Positions 57,539-64,000 of a stretch of DNA of 64,000 bases are shown here, piece after piece. The notes below the pieces were generated by a model. It was given only the letters and a program-made list of their open reading frames with translations. It did not search any database and was not told where the DNA came from. This stretch comes from Bugula neritina. Taxonomy: Eukaryota; Animalia; Bryozoa. A program made the translations under genes and the position numbers. Each line of letters begins with the position of its first letter. Position 1 is the first letter of the stretch. The DNA lies in contig OZ037769.1 in assembly GCA_964035545.1 (NCBI GenBank), positions 868,001 to 932,000 on the forward strand. The letters run 5' to 3'.

Positions 57539-59034
57539 TCTTAGACTGATTTAACCAAGCAATTTCGATTCAAATATGGTTTCTAAAAAGTTACATTTAC
57601 TCTACATGTATCTGTATAGTACAAGACATGCACTGTGTGCTGCAGTTAGTCTGTAACTAAACTTATCAACTTAGCTAATGATTAGAAGGAGTTTATATTT
57701 TAACTTCCTCCTAGTACCTATAATGTATTATTCACTCAGCGCTTGCTAATTCATAAGCAAATTGAATATGATCATTAGATAAGCAAACATGTATATCTAT
57801 AGATAGTAAGCAACTTCCTTATTATATACACTATGTTGAGCATTCTATACTATAGGCCTATAATGCACTAGTTATATAGGTTATTATTTTTCTTAGTCAT
57901 TCGAATAAAGAACTATTACCATCTATTGCTGTACAATCACGGTGAAAACTGATTACCACATCTAGTATCTAACGTTATACTCACAATCCTGCTCACTCTT
58001 AGCAGTTCAGTTTTCTGTAAGAAACTTCTCTTATCACTTTTGTTTTTCTTGTTGGGTGCAAATATACAGATTTCAAAATTACAAAAGAAATATTTTGCTT
58101 TCAAAACCAAAATATGCTTCAATATTACATCAACATACATCTAATTCTAATTCATAAGTATTTTGAAAATACAATACTTGAAAAAACTGAACGACACACA
58201 CACACTGTTGTCAGTTATTGTACAGCTAATCGTATGATGTCAGATCACTTACTGCGAAGAATTAAGGCAATGCTTATAATACAGGTGTTGAGATGCTTAG
58301 CTATGGAGTTAATGTAAGAGATTAATACTCTGTGATAGATTGTATTTATTGTAATATATGATCATGTAGCTATATACAAGCTTTTAGAGAAAAAGCTATG
58401 AAAAGCTTTCATGCAGTTAAATAGATAATGCTTGATGTATATAATGTTTCCACTCTCTCTGTACTATCCAACTAGTTAACATGTCCGACTCTCAATAACA
58501 CATGTTTATCATGATTCTACAGCTAATATTGCAGAGTATCAATTTATATAGAAATTGCTTTTCATAAATTTATTGGGATTAAAGATGATGGTTTAAACAG
58601 ACTTTGTAGCAAGGTATATGTACTTGTATTGTGTAATAAAAAAATAACTTTTTAAAACTTATCTCATTTACCATATCACAGTGCAAAATACAACTACTAA
58701 TAAATTCGTTATTAAATTTCAGAGTATGTGTGCAAAAAAATAGAAAAGCAGTCAATAAAATTGTTTGTTCTGACAAATGATAAAATTCTAATATTCAGTA
58801 ATGTGAGTTTTAGTAGTGCAAAAAATAAATAATTCAAACTAAAATATAACTTTACAATACTACTGAGTTGTAAAGACCAATTCACATGGTATCAGCAAAT
58901 TGGTAAAAGCATTAAACACTAAATACAAACATGTAAAAGTTTTCTGTTGCAAAAAGCAGTAGAATCAGAAATAAAGTGTGCATAATTAAGCAAGCAATTA
59001 TAATACTGTGTTTACTGTAATATATATAGTATAG

Positions 59035-62000
59035 TCAAATGACTGGTGATGTCATATCCTGTCTGTTCTCATAAAGAGGAAGTGTTGTGTTCAGTTGAAG
59101 TTGATCATATGCTGATGATGGAGAGGTGGTGAGCTGCTCGTAAGTGTTGGTGGGAGGATTTGCTGAGTTTGAGGGTTGAGTAGACATAGGTTCTTCATAT
59201 ACTTCATGTTTATCAGATGGGGTGTCTCTACAGGGCAGACTACTTCTTTTCAAGTAGAGAATAACACTACCCAGTGTAACCACTGCTAGTACCAGAACTA
59301 CCACCACTCCAATCAAACCATCTAAAACATGTCATGTGATTTGTAAAGCAGAATGTAAAATAAAAGAAAGAGCAAATGATTGACAATAAGTAGAGTGGAT
59401 AAACCTATAAAACTCGTGAAACATAAAGCAATAGGAAATATTCTACAAAAATAGTTGAACAAAATATACTCAAATTGATTGGCTCTGACTATCCAAATTC
59501 TGGTAAATCCCTCCACTATTATTGTAAATATTAACATAAGGCTGATCAGCTGAAAGTTAAATGTCTTGACTTGACCCAATCAACTGTCAGCTTCAACTCA
59601 GTTAGTAACTGACAATGTCTATAAACTTTTTCAATCTATATACAACTTTAAACAGCATCACTTACCTCTTTGTGACTGGAGGGCTAGATAGCTGTTTCTG
59701 GTGGCTTCAGCAGATTCACCATCATTGACCAACAGACAACCAGGGTCATGTGACCAGTTACCAAACTCTGTACAGACAGGATCTGTAGTCTTAGTATAAC
59801 CATCATCACATGAGTAAAGTAGATTATCTCCTCTGTAATATCTGCCTGTCTGTATGTCTCCATTAGTTAGAGTTACCAATATTAAGGGGTACACTCAGCT
59901 GTAAGAATAACCACATATATTGTATACTCCTCAAAGCTGTGTTACCATACAACTATACAGTTTGATGAATGTTTATTATAGACATGAGTCTAAATAATCT
60001 TACCAGTCTCAGAACATTCTGGAACACTGGACCAACTACCATCATACTGACATTGGATAACACTCGGATTTGTTTTCTTGTAACCATAGTAACAATTATA
60101 CTGTAGAACTTCTTGGTAGAAATATGTGGGAGTTATCCCCCCTTTAGATGTCACATAAGTAGTTGTTGTGTTGAGAAACAAATCACCAATGTCACATTCC
60201 ACTGAATAAAAAACACAAGAGATTTCTTGTATTAATCATTGAAACATTATCCTATATTCATGGTATATTATTACGCTATATATATTATTACTATATTATA
60301 TAGATATACCTGGTATACATGTTAGAGATATATTACTCCATCTCCATGGTATATTATCTGTATCAGTAGAACTACATCTAGATACAACTTCTTCTAGTCC
60401 ATCTCTACTCTCATATCCTTTTATACACTCATATACTGTTGAATGAGTATCAGTCTTAATTTTATTAGTAAACTCAACATTTCTTGGCTCTTCTGTACAG
60501 TAGGGGACTAGAAAATACAATTATAAGTATTATATTCAGATATTAGAGAAAGTCTATATATAATCCTAATTATACAGCCTTGTGTTATGAAAACATACCT
60601 GGAATACATCTGATCTCTGATTGGTTGATCCACTTAGCGTCTGTACCATCTACTTCACATTCAGAAGTTGAGTTATACTTCAACTGATAGTCAGTATCTT
60701 CACAAGAATAGTTTATTATTGTACCAGGAAACCAGGGAGATTCAGTAGATGGAGTACTTGTCACACAATCTATTTCAGGTTTATCTCTACATGTCAGTAC
60801 TGTAAAAGTAAAGAGAAAAGGTAGCTGGCATATGGCAGACACAGAGAGAAAGTCTAAGACATTTCTGAAAAAACTTTTAATTTTAGTTTTCATAATTTTA
60901 TTTTGGCAGTGAATGTATTATAATGTAATAAAATAATGTTTCGATGCTTTTAAACTCATTTATGTATATTTCTCAATTTTACAGGCATAGAACAAATAGT
61001 AATGACCTCTCTCACTCACCTGTAAACTGAATCATAAAGAATATTTTATCATTATCTCCATTGACAAGATCTCCCTCATTTTCATATCTCACAGAGAGTT
61101 GGTTGTTTGTAGAGGTTATGTTATGTAGATATCCATCAGGGAAGTTAGCAAACTCCTGATTATCAATAAACCAGGAGATTCTGGATGATTCTGTAAGCTC
61201 AGTAATATCAAACCTAACATAGTGAGCTTCACTTGGTAGGTTTAATATTGTAAACTCACAGGATGATAATGGCTGTTTATTAGTTGTATAAGAGCTGGTG
61301 AATATTCCAGTCAACTGTTCAACTTGAGGTCTGTCTGGTATCTGAATATCTTCACCACATGATGTCACTGTAACAGAAACAGTGCAAAAGAATTATTTTG
61401 CGACTTGCTATTTATTGTACCATTTTTATACCATGTTATGGGTTTGAGCCCGGACAAAAGCCATTGGTGACGTTAGGAAAAGCATTCAGCCATAATTGTT
61501 CCTGTTCCTCATTTAAATAAGTCCTTAGCCTGCTTTAACAAAAACCCTTTCTATCCGAAGTTTCTAACAGAGATATAAACTTTCGTGAGTTTGTTTGGTG
61601 AGACATATGTGCATATAAATTTGTTAGCTATAATACCATAGTGATATAATTCTGAATAAAACCTTTGCATTGCAGGTTGTTGAAATTTATTTCTATAATA
61701 CACTTTAGCGAAATCTAGTAAAATACCCAACTTTATGATACATCCAGAACAATTCACTAAATTAAATTATATTCAAACCAAGAGAAAATTTGTTCAAGGC
61801 TTCGTTTACATAAAACAGACAAGGTGAATCAAAAATTGTCAAGAAATTCCAAAATCAGGATTCGCCTATCAAAAACAAAAGATCCAGCATAAATCCAAAA
61901 CAATTAGTTTGTCTGAACTGGATGAAAATAAGCACTTAAAAGCCAGTAACTAGACCTTAATATGGTTCTATTTATAAAGAGCTATAGTCTATGGTCTAGA

Positions 62001-62801
62001 CCCTCCTATTATGAAACAGTCTACCAGTGAAACTTTTTCAATAAATTATATTCTTTTTATGATCATTTCAGTATAATTTGGGTTACCAGATGATAACAAG
62101 CTATATATCTTTTCAAACTCTGCATTATTGTGTTATTTTTACTCTTTGCAAACAGCTGATTTGAAAAGAAAATAACAATGCAGAGTTTGAAAAAATATAC
62201 ATTTATCAGATAATTCAAATATACATGCAGAAGATAAAATGTTCAACTTCTACCTGTTGTAAGGAAATTCAAAGAAAATCCAATCATGTTGCTGAGAGTA
62301 GAAACTGACAATACAGACTGTTCTTGAGTGAACTTCTGTATTATACCAGGTTCTGTAGTGCCAACACAGTATATTGTACCATTTATCTCTATCTCTGGAC
62401 AGGGAGAGCTTCCTGCAGCTGTATCAATATATGGTATACTGATATAACTACCAGCAGGTGCTCTCAGAGTTAGACTACATAAAACAGGTGCTTCCTTTAT
62501 CTCTCTATGTTCTATTATCCATGCATATCCTCTATCAACTGTCACTGTATTATTATCACATATATTCACTGGTTTAATATCTTGTCCTTCTATCAATATT
62601 ATGATGTAACCACTCAGTAGCAGCAGGAGTTGTCTTCTGACTGACTGAAACAAGAACGTTTAATATTAGTGTATATACACTTCTAAATTTTGTACAGAAA
62701 AACTGAATCAAATACTATAATGCATGGTTCCCTTTTGCACTGTTGATCCTGCTAACTGCGAGTAATATCAATATAATGTACATACACTGTGTACTTACCA
62801 T
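59035..62801 (-). pseudogene. Receptor paralogue 7 (class A tail), frameshift at the start of the fourth CCP exon
   Basis: Exons 62799-62801, 62254-62644, 61020-61367, 60599-60799, 60310-60507, 60004-60201, 59666-59898, 59035-59321. The 59666-59898 exon is 233 nt and reads ECTP* (TAA at 59882-59884). The gene is intact if that exon is skipped. Confidence 0.7.
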
Positions 62802-63983
62802 TGTATTGAAGATACTCTGTAAGTAGATAGTTTATGTACAAGCTGTGATGTGTACACCTAGTGTAGTATCTTATACACAGTATAGACTTATATATTCCCA
62901 ATAATACTAGTCAGGGAGTAAAGTATAGTCTATTATCACAAGTCAAATACTTCAGTATATATAATTGTGAAATATAGATATACATCTTTGTAGAAAGATA
63001 AATAATGTTATCACAATGAATGCTTTATCTTAAGGAATGTATTCATTTATAATAAATAATATGATATAAACCACTTGACTCGATAATCATTCATTTTACT
63101 TATGCAAATAGTTATCATAAAGTGCATTATCAAAGCCTGATATACTTCACACACAGTGTAGATATACTAGTAATGAATAACTACAATAAATTCTAATTAA
63201 CCACTCTAACAACATATATTGTATATATTACTATTGTTTCATGATTACATCCAGTATTCAGCTAGTCATGTGGACAGGAAGTAAACAAAGTACCCAGAAT
63301 GCACTGCAACAGAGCTACTGAGTAAGAGAAATCTCTGGGAGTTTCTATGTCTTTAAACATAATATGTTGTGTTACTAGAAGTTACTTCAGCTTGTTAACA
63401 ATGGATAATAAACAGCTAGATGTTTATTTAAGTATAACTCATAGTAGAGATGAGAGATTGTGTTGTTCACAAAGTATACAATACATGAATAATTATAATA
63501 AATATATTTATATTGAACAGTTGAATGACCAATACTAAAAATAAAATATATATATCAATGCAGAAACAGCTAGTGTATAAATTTATTGATAGCATTAATC
63601 TAATAATAAATAGTAAATGATATATATATATATATATAGAGCAGTAAGAGTTTCTGTAAAGTATGCTATCTATAATCATGTAACTTAGATATCACCTTAA
63701 ATAAAAAGAAGAAGCAGAAGACCCTTTAATGATTTCCAGCAATTTATAGCTTTAAATTACTTGCAGCTAGAAATAGCTAAGTGAGTGTTTTACAAATTAA
63801 AACAGCAAGTTGTAAAAATTTATTACATGCTGTTGAAAATTATACTCATAGCAATGCTAAGAAAAAAGACATTGCTTGCTAAAAATCAAACAAAACTGTG
63901 TTCAATTATTATAAAAAATTCTTGTTTAAAATTGTTGTGAATAAAACTGTCAACCATTACAAAACCTGAATATATTTTATATG

Positions 63984-64000
63984 CTAAATATTTTCATAAG
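63984..64000 (-). CDS. C-terminal codons of an eighth paralogue (class C tail, ...AYENI*), truncated by the window edge
   Basis: Minus strand CT TAT GAA AAT ATT TAG matches the ends of paralogues 3 and 6 (TAAATATTTTCATAAG at 39474 and 54435); the 3' flank is weakly similar to class C 3' flanks. Confidence 0.7.

Noticed and set aside
28939-62801. Assigning SEZ6, CSMD, CR1 or fester gene symbols to the array
   Set aside because: Shared domain types only; domain order, size and tails differ, and orthology cannot be shown without searches.

Overview
AT-rich eukaryotic (metazoan, probably invertebrate) genomic DNA with spliced genes; the species cannot be determined from the sequence. Left part (1-28 kb): simple and minisatellite repeats, one orphan coding exon, a full-length Ty3/Gypsy LTR retrotransposon (7028-11716; identical 195-bp LTRs, ACTAC target-site duplication, disrupted gag-pol) and a multi-exon LUC7L/LUC7L2-type U1 snRNP splicing-factor gene on the minus strand. 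Right part (28.9-64 kb), the main discovery: a head-to-tail tandem array of at least 8 paralogous minus-strand genes (7 complete, plus the last codons of an 8th at the window edge). They encode type-I membrane receptors: signal peptide, 2 divergent CUB-like domains, 3-4 CCP/sushi modules, a TM helix and a tyrosine-motif tail. The paralogues carry three tail classes (ITAM-type, ITAM-less, multi-Tyr ITAM/ITIM-type) and a hypervariable loop in the membrane-distal domain. They also have symmetric phase-1 domain exons, mosaic intron/exon ancestry and two frameshifted copies. Together these look like a diversifying immune or allorecognition receptor cluster; that function is inferred, not shown.
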